From NCBI GenBank assembly GCA_965243025.1, contig CBDETY010000003.1:3904001-3968000 (forward strand): 64,000 bases of DNA. The letters run 5' to 3'. This DNA comes from Candidatus Latescibacterota bacterium (GTDB lineage: Bacteria > Latescibacterota > UBA2968 > UBA8231). The notes under the pieces are model-generated. The model ran no database searches and was not told the origin of the DNA. It saw only the letters and a list, made by a program, of their open reading frames with translations. Every line of letters starts with the position of its first letter. Positions within the stretch are counted from its first letter, which is position 1. Below, one piece after another: positions 19,676-28,515 of the stretch. The position numbers were made by a program, and so were the translations under genes.

Positions 19676-21126
19676 GCGAACTTGAGCTTGCGCATGGCGA
19701 TGGCCGTCATCTTCAGCAGCAGCCAGCCGTGGCGGAAGCGCTGGATCTGGGTGCTGCCGTAGCGCCTCTCGCGGTAGCGCACCGGGACCTCGACGATGCG
19801 CAGCTGCAGCCTGGCGGCGCCGAAGAGGAGGTCGAAGTCTCCGAAGGGATCGAGGTCGCCGAAGTAGGCGCGCCCCGCGGCGATGCGGGCGTAGTCCCTG
19901 GCGAAAAGGACCTTGGTGCCGCACAGGGTATCGCGGATGCGCTGCTCCAGCAGGTAGGTGAAGGCGACGCTGAAGAGCTTGTTGCCGAGAAGGTTGAGCA
20001 GCCGCATCGCCTGGCGCTCCATCGGGTAGACGAGGCGGGTGCCGTTGATCAGCTCCCCCCGGCCCTCGACCAGGGCGTCGTAGAACCTCGGCAGGTCCTC
20101 CGGGGCCACGGTGAGGTCGCCGTCGAGGATCATCAGCACCTCCCCGCCGGCGCGGGCGAAGCCGCGGCGGACCGCGTCCCCCTTGCCGCTGCCGTTATCC
20201 TGGCGGACGAGCTTGATGTCGCGCTGCGGGTACGCGGCGATGACGCGCTCGATCTCCTCGGCGGTGCCGTCCCGGGAGCCACCCTCGACGAAGATCAGCT
20301 CGGTGCGGGAGCCGATGTCGGGGGTGCGCAGGACCGCCTGCTCGACGTTCCCCTTCTCGTTGCGGCAGGGAATGATTACTGAGCAGGCCGGCGGCTCGGG
20401 GCGCGCCTCCGGGGCCGCGGGGCGGGCGACGACGAACTGCGACAGGCAGAGCCTGCGGATGCCGGGAAGCCTGGCGAGGAAGCGGTTGACGAAGGGGGAC
20501 AGCAGCGGCACCCGCCGCGGCGCCAGGAAGCGGTAACCGGAGTTGACGGTCTCGAAACCGGTGAGGTAGAGCAGGTTCCCGATGTCCCCGGCCGAGAGCC
20601 AGTTCTGCAGCGGCACCTTCATCTTCAACCGCAGGGCCTCCCCGAGCTTGAGCAGCGGCTCCCACAGGTAGTTGAAGCTGGTGACGATGACGCGGGTATG
20701 GGGCTCCGACACCTTGTGCAGCTGCGCGAAGGCGCCCTGGACGTCGAACAGGTGGCCGACGACGTCGGAGAGGATTACGTAGTCGAAGGTCTCGTCGACC
20801 TCGAGGTTCTCGGCGTCGCCGGCGCGGAACTCGAGGCCGGGGTGCCGTGCCGCCGCCAGCTCGACCATCTTCGGACTGATATCGATGCCGAGCCCGCGGC
20901 CGGGAGAGACCGCGGCGAGGAGGTCGCCGGTGCCGCATCCGATCTCGAGCACCCTCGACCCGGGCGGGATCACGAAGCGGCAGAGGTCGGCGACCTGCCG
21001 GTAGTAGTAGCGGTTGCGGCGCAGCCAGCGCTCGCGCTCAGGGGCCAGGGCGTCGAAGAGCGGGGCCATGCTCTCCGGGCGCAGCGCCGGGCCGCGGCGG
21101 CTCGTCCAGGGCAGCCAGCTCGTCAC
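19672..21126 (-). CDS. SAM methyltransferase / GT2 (polyprenol-phosphate-type) glycosyltransferase fusion
   Basis: N-terminal LEIGCGTG; C-terminal SVIIPCRNE, GKGDAV, ILDGDL, DTLCGTK. Confidence 0.9.
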   Translation of the reverse strand: MTSWLPWTSRRGPALRPESMAPLFDALAPERERWLRRNRYYYRQVADLCRFVIPPGSRVLEIGCGTGDLLAAVSPGRGLGIDISPKMVELAAARHPGLEFRAGDAENLEVDETFDYVILSDVVGHLFDVQGAFAQLHKVSEPHTRVIVTSFNYLWEPLLKLGEALRLKMKVPLQNWLSAGDIGNLLYLTGFETVNSGYRFLAPRRVPLLSPFVNRFLARLPGIRRLCLSQFVVARPAAPEARPEPPACSVIIPCRNEKGNVEQAVLRTPDIGSRTELIFVEGGSRDGTAEEIERVIAAYPQRDIKLVRQDNGSGKGDAVRRGFARAGGEVLMILDGDLTVAPEDLPRFYDALVEGRGELINGTRLVYPMERQAMRLLNLLGNKLFSVAFTYLLEQRIRDTLCGTKVLFARDYARIAAGRAYFGDLDPFGDFDLLFGAARLQLRIVEVPVRYRERRYGSTQIQRFRHGWLLLKMTAIAMRKLKFA

Positions 21127-21472
21127 CGGGCGGCGTCTCCGGTCCCGGCGCGGGGGCGGCGTTCTTCCATGACGGGGAACATAACCATCCCGGAGCCCGC
21201 CCGGGAACAGAAAACCCGCCTCTTCTTCCCCCTGCCCGAAGACTGGTTGCCGCCCCGGGGTCTTCCCGCCCTGGTCTGCAAACCGGTCGTCTCCGGTTCG
21301 ACAGTGCGTCGGCTGTCTTCGGCAGCATTGCCCGCCCTCGCCTGCAGAGCAACCTTATCCGGGCTGTCTGGATGACTTTCCACCGATGATTTCGAGTCCT
21401 TTGCGTTTTCCCCAAACCGCATTCGAGTGGGGAGAATTCGACGTGACGGAAACCCGAGTTGACGAGACAACC

Positions 21473-23710
21473 ATGACGCGGACACGACGATCTCCCCTCT
21501 GGATGCCGCTTCTCTGCTGCCTCGCCGCGGCTCCGGGGTGCTCGCCGGACCCGGACGGGGATACAGCGGCGGAAGGCACCCGCGCCATGGCCGAGCGCCT
21601 CGAAGCGATCGCCGCCGGCGTCGACCCGGAGGCCAACCCCTACGCCAACGGGGTCCGGGTCGAGCACTTCCGCCGGCGGCTGGACAGCCTGCGGACCTCC
21701 GCAGCCGCAGAGGAGCCCCCCCCTGAGCCGATCCTGCGCGCCCGTTTCACCCTCGCCAACGAACTGCTCCTCGACGGACAGTCCGCGGAGGCGGCCCGGG
21801 AGTTCGAAGCCCTGCTGCAGGACGCCGAGAAGCCAGGCAACCGACACAACATCCGCATCCTCCTCGGTCTGACCTGGCTGCGCCTCGGGGAGCAGGAGAA
21901 CTGCGTGGTGCGGCACACCATAGACTCCTGTCTTATGCCCGTAGGCGGCTCGGGGGTGCACCTCATCGAGCGCGGCTCGCGCGGGGCCGTGCGCGAGTTC
22001 GGGAAGGTGCTGGAGCGCAACCCCAGGGACCTGTCCGCCCGCTGGCTGCTCAACATCGCCTACATGACCCTCGGGGAGCACCCCGGAAAGGTGCCCCCCC
22101 GGCACCTGATCCCGGAAGAGGCCTTCGCGTCGGACTACGACATCGGGCAGTTCCGCGACGTCGCCCCCGCCCTCGGCCTCGACCTGGTGGGCCTGGCGGG
22201 GGGCGGCATCATGGAGGACTTCGACGGGGACGGCCACCTCGACGTCTTCGCCACCTCCTGGGGGCTGCGCGACCAGGTGCGTTACTTCCGCAACGGGGGC
22301 GACGGCTCCTTCTCGGACCTGACCGAAGCGGCCGGACTGCTCGGCATCGTCGGGGGCCTCAACGCCCTGCAGACCGACTACGACAACGACGGCTGGGCCG
22401 ACCTGCTGGTGCTGCGCGGGGCCTGGCTGAACCGCCCTCCGGCTACCGACGGGGGGCGCCATCCCAACTCCCTGCTGCGCAACCTGGACGGGGTGGAGTT
22501 CGCCGACGTCACCGCCGAAGCCGGGCTGCTGAGCTTCCACCCGACGCAGACCGCGGCCTGGGGGGACTGCGACAACGACGGCTGGCTCGACCTCTACATC
22601 GGCAACGAGAGCCTGGGAACAGACAGGCATCCCAACGAGCTCTACCTCAACGCCCGGGACGGCGCCTTCCGGAACGCGGCGGCGGCCAGCGGAGTCGCCC
22701 TGGAGGGGTACGTCAAAGGAGTGGTCTGGGGGGACTACGACAACGACGGGCGGCTCGACCTCTACGTGTCGCGCCTGCTCGAGGAGGAGCCGAACATCCT
22801 GTTCCGCAACCGCGCCGGAGACTCCGGGCCTCCCCGCTTCGACGACGTCACCGAGGCCGCCGGCGTCCCGGGTCCGGCCTACAGCTTCCCCGCCTGGTTC
22901 TGGGACTACGACAACGACGGCTGGCTCGACCTGTTCGTCTCGGGGTACCGGGCCCGCGCTTCCGAGGTGGCCGCCGACTACCTCGGGATTCCCCACTACG
23001 GGGAGCTTCCCCGCCTTTACCGCAACAACCGCGACGGCAGCTTTGCCGACCTCACCCGGGAGGCCCGCCTAGACAAGCCCCTGCTGACCATGGGCAGCAA
23101 CTTCGGCGACCTCGACAACGACGGCTGGCTCGACTGCTACATCGGCACCGGGTCGCCGGGGCTGACGTCGCTGATGCCGAACCGGATGTTCCGCAATGCC
23201 GGGGGCCGCTTCTTCCAGGACGTGACCACGTCTGGGGGATTCGGCCACATACAGAAGGGGCACGGGGTCGCCTTCGGGGACGCCGACCACGACGGCGACC
23301 AGGACGTGTACGCGACCATGGGGGGCGCCTACGCCGGCGACGTGTACCAGAACATCCTGTTCGAGAACCCCGGGCACGGGAACCGCTGGCTCAAGCTGAA
23401 GCTCGTCGGGGTGCGCTCCAACCGGGCGGGGATCGGGGCGCGCATCAAGGTTACGGTCGACACCGGGGAGGGGGAGCGTCAGATCCACGCCACCGTCGGC
23501 AGCGGCGGCAGCTTCGGAGCCTCGAGCTTCCGCAAGGAGATCGGCCTCGGGCAGGCGAGCGCCATCCGGTCGCTGGAGGTCTACTGGCCGGCCAGCGGCG
23601 AGCGCCAGCTGTTCGAAGAGGTTGAGATGGACCGGGTGCTGCAAATCACCGAGGGAGACCCGGCCCCGCAAGTCCTGCACTACGAGCCCTTCCGCCTGGG
23701 AGCCGGCTGA
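21473..23710 (+). CDS. CRTAC1 family (TPR-like N-terminus, FG-GAP repeats, ASPIC/UnbV) protein
   Basis: Repeated DYDNDGWLDL; SNRAGIGARI...GGSFGAS...EIGLG. Confidence 0.92.
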   Translation: MTRTRRSPLWMPLLCCLAAAPGCSPDPDGDTAAEGTRAMAERLEAIAAGVDPEANPYANGVRVEHFRRRLDSLRTSAAAEEPPPEPILRARFTLANELLLDGQSAEAAREFEALLQDAEKPGNRHNIRILLGLTWLRLGEQENCVVRHTIDSCLMPVGGSGVHLIERGSRGAVREFGKVLERNPRDLSARWLLNIAYMTLGEHPGKVPPRHLIPEEAFASDYDIGQFRDVAPALGLDLVGLAGGGIMEDFDGDGHLDVFATSWGLRDQVRYFRNGGDGSFSDLTEAAGLLGIVGGLNALQTDYDNDGWADLLVLRGAWLNRPPATDGGRHPNSLLRNLDGVEFADVTAEAGLLSFHPTQTAAWGDCDNDGWLDLYIGNESLGTDRHPNELYLNARDGAFRNAAAASGVALEGYVKGVVWGDYDNDGRLDLYVSRLLEEEPNILFRNRAGDSGPPRFDDVTEAAGVPGPAYSFPAWFWDYDNDGWLDLFVSGYRARASEVAADYLGIPHYGELPRLYRNNRDGSFADLTREARLDKPLLTMGSNFGDLDNDGWLDCYIGTGSPGLTSLMPNRMFRNAGGRFFQDVTTSGGFGHIQKGHGVAFGDADHDGDQDVYATMGGAYAGDVYQNILFENPGHGNRWLKLKLVGVRSNRAGIGARIKVTVDTGEGERQIHATVGSGGSFGASSFRKEIGLGQASAIRSLEVYWPASGERQLFEEVEMDRVLQITEGDPAPQVLHYEPFRLGAG

Positions 23711-23852
23711 AGCGGAACAGGGCGAGACCCCTGCTCGCGTATGTAAGCGCAAGGAACGCGGCGAGCCGGGATGCAGTGAGAGCCGGGTTCACGGAACTGC
23801 GTGGAGAGGCATCAGGCCGGGGCCAGCCCGGCCGCAGATGGCGGTGCGACGG

Positions 23853-24860
23853 CTAATCCATCTCCAGCGAGGCCTTGATCCGCCCCCAGGAAACCGACTC
23901 GACCGCGCTGTTTTGCGGCCCGGCGCCGGCCGGCAACAGCAGTCCGTCGAGAAAGTAATCGGCGGCAAAACTTTCTATGTCCCAGAAAACTTCACGATCG
24001 GATGCCATGACCTGGACTTCCGGTGCCAACTGGGCAGTAGAATTCCTCCCCTTGTCCGCATCATACACGCCAATCGCGAAGCCGATGATCTTGCCTGCGC
24101 TCAGATCGCTTGGGGCAGACCCGTCGGGACTGGTCAGGTCTTCCCTGTGGTCGAACGGCGTGATGTACAGCTCGATTGTCCAGATGACGGGCGCTTCTCC
24201 GGCTACGCCGCCGCCGGCCTCCGCGTAGGGGGGCAGGGTCATCCAGGAAAAGGCCCCCGTCATATATCTGGACTGCCACTCATCCAAAGTCGGTCCACTG
24301 GGAGTTTGGGAAATGGCCTCATATGACTGAGCCTCCCCGGTAATCTCCAGGAATCTCCCCGGTCTGACAGGAACTGCCAGGTCACGCCCGGGACCGCCGC
24401 TGTGATCTCCGTCGATTCCGAGGACAATACCGTCGTTATATCCACCAAGGAATACCAAATTATCCTTACCAGACTCTATCCAATTGTCCACATCGTAGGT
24501 GTGGGTATTTACGTATCTGTCATCGGTGGCCACGAAGGCTACATAGAGGCGAGCCGGCTCATCGTGCCAGGCCAGCCAGATCCGGAAGTCCAAGTCGGCC
24601 GGATCATGCGTGGATTCCCTGAACTCGTCCATGAAATCCACCAAGCTCAGGGCAGGCTCACCGATCAGATCGAACCACTCCTCCACCGAGCCGTCGTGGA
24701 GCTGAATCTCTGAAAGCATCTCGTCGGTCAACTCCGCGAACGGGAAGACCCGACTGCCGACGTGGGCTTCTGCCTGGTCAGCCAGGCCGGCGGACAGGGC
24801 CGACCCGACGAGCAGGCCGAGGGCCATGCGCCAGTGATTCCTGCTGAAAAAAAAGGACAT
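23853..24860 (-). CDS. Secreted CBM9/DOMON-like protein with C-terminal SWGRIK motif
   Basis: Signal peptide ending AEA; IWLAWHDEPARLYVAF..TDD; ends AVESVSWGRIKASLEMD. Confidence 0.65.
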   Translation of the reverse strand: MSFFFSRNHWRMALGLLVGSALSAGLADQAEAHVGSRVFPFAELTDEMLSEIQLHDGSVEEWFDLIGEPALSLVDFMDEFRESTHDPADLDFRIWLAWHDEPARLYVAFVATDDRYVNTHTYDVDNWIESGKDNLVFLGGYNDGIVLGIDGDHSGGPGRDLAVPVRPGRFLEITGEAQSYEAISQTPSGPTLDEWQSRYMTGAFSWMTLPPYAEAGGGVAGEAPVIWTIELYITPFDHREDLTSPDGSAPSDLSAGKIIGFAIGVYDADKGRNSTAQLAPEVQVMASDREVFWDIESFAADYFLDGLLLPAGAGPQNSAVESVSWGRIKASLEMD

Positions 24861-24892
24861 CTGTTTTCCTTCCTCCTCTTCAGGAAAAACAA

Positions 24893-24963
24893 GGGCGAGG
24901 ACCCATCCCCCTGAAGGGGACGGAGCCCTCGTCCTGGAATTCCGCGTCAGCGAAAACGCGGAA
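24893..24963. terminator. Two adjacent hairpins between the small Cys-peptide gene and the 23853..24860 gene
   Basis: gggcgagg...cctcgtcc (24893-24934, enclosing tcccc-ctgaa-gggga) and ttccgcgt...acgcggaa (24940-24963). Confidence 0.4.
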
Positions 24964-24969
24964 GGATGC

Positions 24970-25225
24970 TCAGTTCCTGCACTCGCAGTACCAAGCCCCT
25001 GGGCCGGGGAGGTCGCGAACCCGGTAATCGTCGTGCCAAAGCCGGGAGCAGTTATATGCGCACGTTCCGTCCGCCTCGCTGTTCGTGTAGGCGTACATGG
25101 TGTGGCCGTGGTGCCAAGGAGGTACTCGATTCGGCCTCCACCCAGGACACGCCTCCGGTGGTGAGCAGGAACCCCCGCCAGAACGCCAGGACGGCCTTCA
25201 TGCTCTGCTTCAACTGATTTCCCAT
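24970..25225 (-). pseudogene. Frameshifted small secreted Cys-rich (CxxxC...CxC) peptide gene
   Basis: RBS AAAGGGGG and ATG at 25225 give signal-like MGNQLKQSMKAVLAFWRGFLLTTGGVSWVEA; a second frame (25098-24970) gives MYAYTNSEADGTCAYNCSRLWHDDYRVRDLPGPGAWYCECRN*. Confidence 0.5.
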
Positions 25226-25285
25226 TGCTGCCCCCTTTGTTTTCGGGGTCGCGCCTGTTCGCTACCCCCGTTCACCAAAAAGAGA

Positions 25286-25301
25286 TGCAAATGGCATGCC
25301 T
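25286..25301 (-). promoter_or_regulatory. Sigma54-type -24/-12 promoter
   Basis: Minus strand AGGCAT-GCCAT-TTGCA fits TGGCAC-N5-TTGCW spacing; 60 nt upstream of the ATG at 25225. Confidence 0.6.
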
Positions 25302-25434
25302 GTACCTGGCCGGCGGCTCCATCAGTGGTGTCCGTGATGACGTAACCTGTTGTTTTCCTGTTTTTTGAACACCTGTTTTTTTTTATTTCGACGACAAAAA
25401 GCTCGCCCTCGCCGCCACCGGCTTCCCGGTACCG

Positions 25435-25500
25435 TCGTATTTAATACGATTTTGTCGTATTTAATACGATCCGGCCGTATTTAATACGATTTCCGTATTG
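25435..25500. repeat. Three tandem palindromic operator-like repeats (TCGTATTTAATACGA, 20-bp period) plus a partial fourth
   Basis: Copies at 25435, 25455 and ~25476; each is a 6-7-bp inverted repeat around a central T. Confidence 0.9.
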
Positions 25501-25615
25501 CCGCGGCCCGGCTGAGGACTGCTTGCTTCTGCAAAATCAGCTTCCGTCCCGAATTTGCGTGTCCCCGGATGGATTGATATGATTTTACGAATACAGTTTT
25601 CATACTTGGGTAAAC

Positions 25616-25831
25616 ATGCGAATTTCTGAACGAGGACAAATCACCATTCCCAAGCGACTGAGAGATCGCTTCGGAATGAATCCCGACGTCGAAGTCGAGA
25701 TCACGCCGACAGAGCACGGCCTGCTCATTCAAAAACGGACCGCAGCGAGGCACCCTGTCGAGCGCGTGTACGCCATCCTGGGAAGCGGCGCAAGCACCGA
25801 CGATTACATCGAGGAAATCCGTGGGAGATGA
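25616..25831 (+). CDS. AbrB/MazE/SpoVT family antitoxin
   Basis: MRISERGQITIPKRLRDRFGM; overlaps downstream PIN gene (ATGA). Confidence 0.92.
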   Translation: MRISERGQITIPKRLRDRFGMNPDVEVEITPTEHGLLIQKRTAARHPVERVYAILGSGASTDDYIEEIRGR

Positions 25832-26223
25832 TCACCGCGGTCGATACGAGTGTCCTGTTGGACGTGTTTCTCCCCGACGAGCGTCACGGCCCCCGGTCGA
25901 AGGAATTGCTGCGGGACGCCTATGACAGGGGGGCCATTTTCATCTGTGAGGTGGTCTATGCGGAACTCGTTCCCGCGTTCGATGACCGGGCAAAGCTCGA
26001 CGGAGCGCTGCGGGAGATCAGCGCTGCGATTTCACCCATCGATACCGATATTGCTTTCGAAGCCGGGCATCGCTGGTCTCGCTACCGGCAGGCCGGCGGG
26101 TCCAGGAATCGGATAATCACGGATTTTCTGATCGGCGCCCACGCGGTTGTAAAAGCCGAAACTTTTCTCACACGGGACCGCGGCTTCTACTCGACCTACT
26201 TTCCGGAATTGCATAGAGGGTGA
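25828..26223 (+). CDS. vapC: VapC family PIN-domain toxin
   Basis: AVDTSVLLD, VYAEL, DFLIGAHA, LTRDRG; acidic catalytic residues present. Confidence 0.92.
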   Translation: MITAVDTSVLLDVFLPDERHGPRSKELLRDAYDRGAIFICEVVYAELVPAFDDRAKLDGALREISAAISPIDTDIAFEAGHRWSRYRQAGGSRNRIITDFLIGAHAVVKAETFLTRDRGFYSTYFPELHRG

Positions 26224-26355
26224 GGTTCCCACCCCACCCTCTGTGGGCGTCTCCACCGCAGGGCCATCCAGGCGCCAGCAGGCCACCGCGACAAACGCGC
26301 CGCTCCTCAGTCAGCTTCCAACCCCCCGAGACCTTGGGGAGCCGTCGGCAGACAA

Positions 26356-27321
26356 TCACTTGGAGTCCGGCACACCGGATTCCCCGCTACGGCCTATCTG
26401 CGCCTTGACCGCCCCCCAGGCCGCGGCTCGAATCGCGCTGGCCGCCTCCGCGGAAATCCAGGCCGGGTAGATCGCGTCCGTCGAGGTCTGGGTCAGGTTG
26501 ACGGGGTTCGAGCCATCGGCATCCATCACGTAGATGTCGTAGTCGCCGTCCCGGTTCGAGGCGAAGGCGATCCGGGTCCCGTCCGGGGACCAGGCGGGCC
26601 AGTAGTCGGCGTACGCCTGGTTGCGGGTGATATCGACCGGGTTCGAGCCGTCCGCATTCATCGTGAAGATGTCTATGTCCCCCCCGTTGCGGCGGGAGGT
26701 GAAGGCGATAACGGAACCGTCGGGGGACCAGGCGGGACGGGAGTCCGCGGCGGGATCGTTGGTCAGGTTGACGGGGTTCGAGCCGTCCGGCCCAATCGTG
26801 TAGACCTCGAGATTGCCGTCTCGCAGGGAGTGGAAGGCGATGCGGTTGCCGTCGGGAGACCAGGCGGGATAGGCGTCTTCCTCGGGGTGGCGGGTGACGT
26901 TCAACAGGTTCGTGCCCCCGGCTTCGATCGTGAAGATGTTGAGGGGGCCGTCGAAGTCGGAGGTGACCGCGATGCGGCTGCCGTCGGGAGACCAGGATGC
27001 CAGTCCGAAGCGATGGTGGGTGTCGGTGACGTTGACCAGGTTGGAGCCGTCGACCGACATGACCCAGAGGTTCTGGAAGCCGCTGCGGTTGGAAGCAAAC
27101 ACGAACTTCGTGCCGTCGGCAGTCACCGCCGGCTCCCAGTCCCGGGCCGGGTTGTTGGTGAGGTTGACGGGGTTGGATCCGTCCTCCTCCATCACGTAGA
27201 TCTCGACGTTGCCGTCGTCGCGGTCGGTGGCGAAGGCGATCTTGCAGTCGCAGGCGGCGCCGCTCCGTTGCGCTGTCAGAGCTGCCGCCAGCGCGGCGAT
27301 CAGCAGGGGGGATCTGCCCAT
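26356..27321 (-). CDS. TolB-like PD40 beta-propeller secreted protein with C-terminal WGAVK motif
   Basis: Repeats of PAWSPDG.RIAF.S.RDG...IY.M.ADGSNPVNLT; signal peptide; AAAWGAVKAQ near C-terminus. Confidence 0.9.
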   Translation of the reverse strand: MGRSPLLIAALAAALTAQRSGAACDCKIAFATDRDDGNVEIYVMEEDGSNPVNLTNNPARDWEPAVTADGTKFVFASNRSGFQNLWVMSVDGSNLVNVTDTHHRFGLASWSPDGSRIAVTSDFDGPLNIFTIEAGGTNLLNVTRHPEEDAYPAWSPDGNRIAFHSLRDGNLEVYTIGPDGSNPVNLTNDPAADSRPAWSPDGSVIAFTSRRNGGDIDIFTMNADGSNPVDITRNQAYADYWPAWSPDGTRIAFASNRDGDYDIYVMDADGSNPVNLTQTSTDAIYPAWISAEAASAIRAAAWGAVKAQIGRSGESGVPDSK

Positions 27322-27376
27322 GGCGAGCTCCTGTGAATGACCGGCGCCCGCGGAAGGCCGCGGGAGCCGGCCGCGT

Positions 27377-28501
27377 TCAGACGCGGTTGTCCTCGATGTA
27401 GTCCCAGTCCAGCTCGAAGCCAAGCCCCGGTTTCTGCGAGACGATGACGTTCCCCTCGCCGTCGAAGGGATCGCAGATCTCCTTCATGTACGGAGGCGGC
27501 ACCTCGTAGGCCTCGTCGTGGCCGGGGGCGAACAGCCCGCGCTCGAAGTACTCGATGGTGTCGACGTTCGTCGAGGCGTAGATGTGCAGGTTGCCCCAGC
27601 CGCCGCCGTGGATCGTCGCCCGCATACCGAACGACTCGTACAGGGCCACCGATTTCCTGCAGCCGGTGATGCCGTTGAAGTTGACCTCGGTGCGCCCCAT
27701 GTCCGCCGCCTTCCTGACGATCCACTCGGTGCGGCTGTACGGCAGGTTGCCGAGCTGCTCGGGGGCGCAGACCGGCACCTCGAGGTTTTCGGTGAGGCGG
27801 ATGTAGGGTTCGATGTTGTTCTCCGGCATCGGGCTCTCGAACCAGAAGAAGTCGAGCCCGGCGATCTCCCTGCCGACGTAGAGCGCCTGCTCGTAGTTGT
27901 AGATGCCGGCCTGGTCGAGCATCAGGACGATGTCGCCGCCGACGCGCTCCCGCACCGCCTCGCAGACCTCGACGTCGTGCCGGGGAAAGGCGGGGTTGCG
28001 GGGGGCCGGCTCCATCCTGACCGGGTCGTACCACATGTAGGCGTGAATCTTGTAGGCGGTGTACCCCTTTCTCACGCACTCCTCGGCGTGGTCGGCGAAA
28101 ACCTCCGGGGAGCCCATGTTCGGGTAGGAGCTGGCATAGCACTTCAGCCTGTCGCGGTAGCCGCCGAGCAGCTTGTGCACCGGCTGCTCGAGGCAGCGGC
28201 CGGCGAAGTCCCACAGCAGCATGTCGAGCAGCATGTTGCCGCCGCTCAGCTGCCAGAGCTGCTCGCGGTCCATCGGGTCGCGGCCGATGGCGAGGGCCTC
28301 GATCCAGGGGGGCAGGCCGCCGCCGCGTGGAAACCAGTAGCCGCTGACCCCGGTGTCGGTCTCCAGCTCGAACAGCGTCGTCGCGGTCTCTTCGGGCTCG
28401 GTCCGCAGCAGCTCCAGCGGGTAGATCGAGTACCCGTACTTCCCCTGGTAGCGGCGCGACATGGTTTTGAAGCGGTGCTGCTTCACAGCGGTGATCTTCA
28501 T
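27377..28501 (-). CDS. Mandelate racemase / enolase superfamily protein
   Basis: MKITAV start, LWDFAGR, AYKIH, LMLD, WFESP, PGLGFELDWDYI. Confidence 0.9.
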   Translation of the reverse strand: MKITAVKQHRFKTMSRRYQGKYGYSIYPLELLRTEPEETATTLFELETDTGVSGYWFPRGGGLPPWIEALAIGRDPMDREQLWQLSGGNMLLDMLLWDFAGRCLEQPVHKLLGGYRDRLKCYASSYPNMGSPEVFADHAEECVRKGYTAYKIHAYMWYDPVRMEPAPRNPAFPRHDVEVCEAVRERVGGDIVLMLDQAGIYNYEQALYVGREIAGLDFFWFESPMPENNIEPYIRLTENLEVPVCAPEQLGNLPYSRTEWIVRKAADMGRTEVNFNGITGCRKSVALYESFGMRATIHGGGWGNLHIYASTNVDTIEYFERGLFAPGHDEAYEVPPPYMKEICDPFDGEGNVIVSQKPGLGFELDWDYIEDNRV

Positions 28502-28515
28502 TTTTCTCCTCCTCC

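Noticed and set aside
24847-24854. A8 homopolymer in the first codons of the 23853..24860 gene as a phase-variation switch
   Set aside because: Short tract encoding Phe-Phe-Phe, in frame; no evidence of variability.
25435-25500. Possible mini CRISPR array
   Set aside because: Intervening segments are only 4-5 nt and no cas genes are present; better read as operator repeats.
26480-27230. Nucleotide-level repeats in the TolB-like gene (and in NHL and FG-GAP genes)
   Set aside because: Explained by protein repeat units; no DGR template or reverse transcriptase seen.
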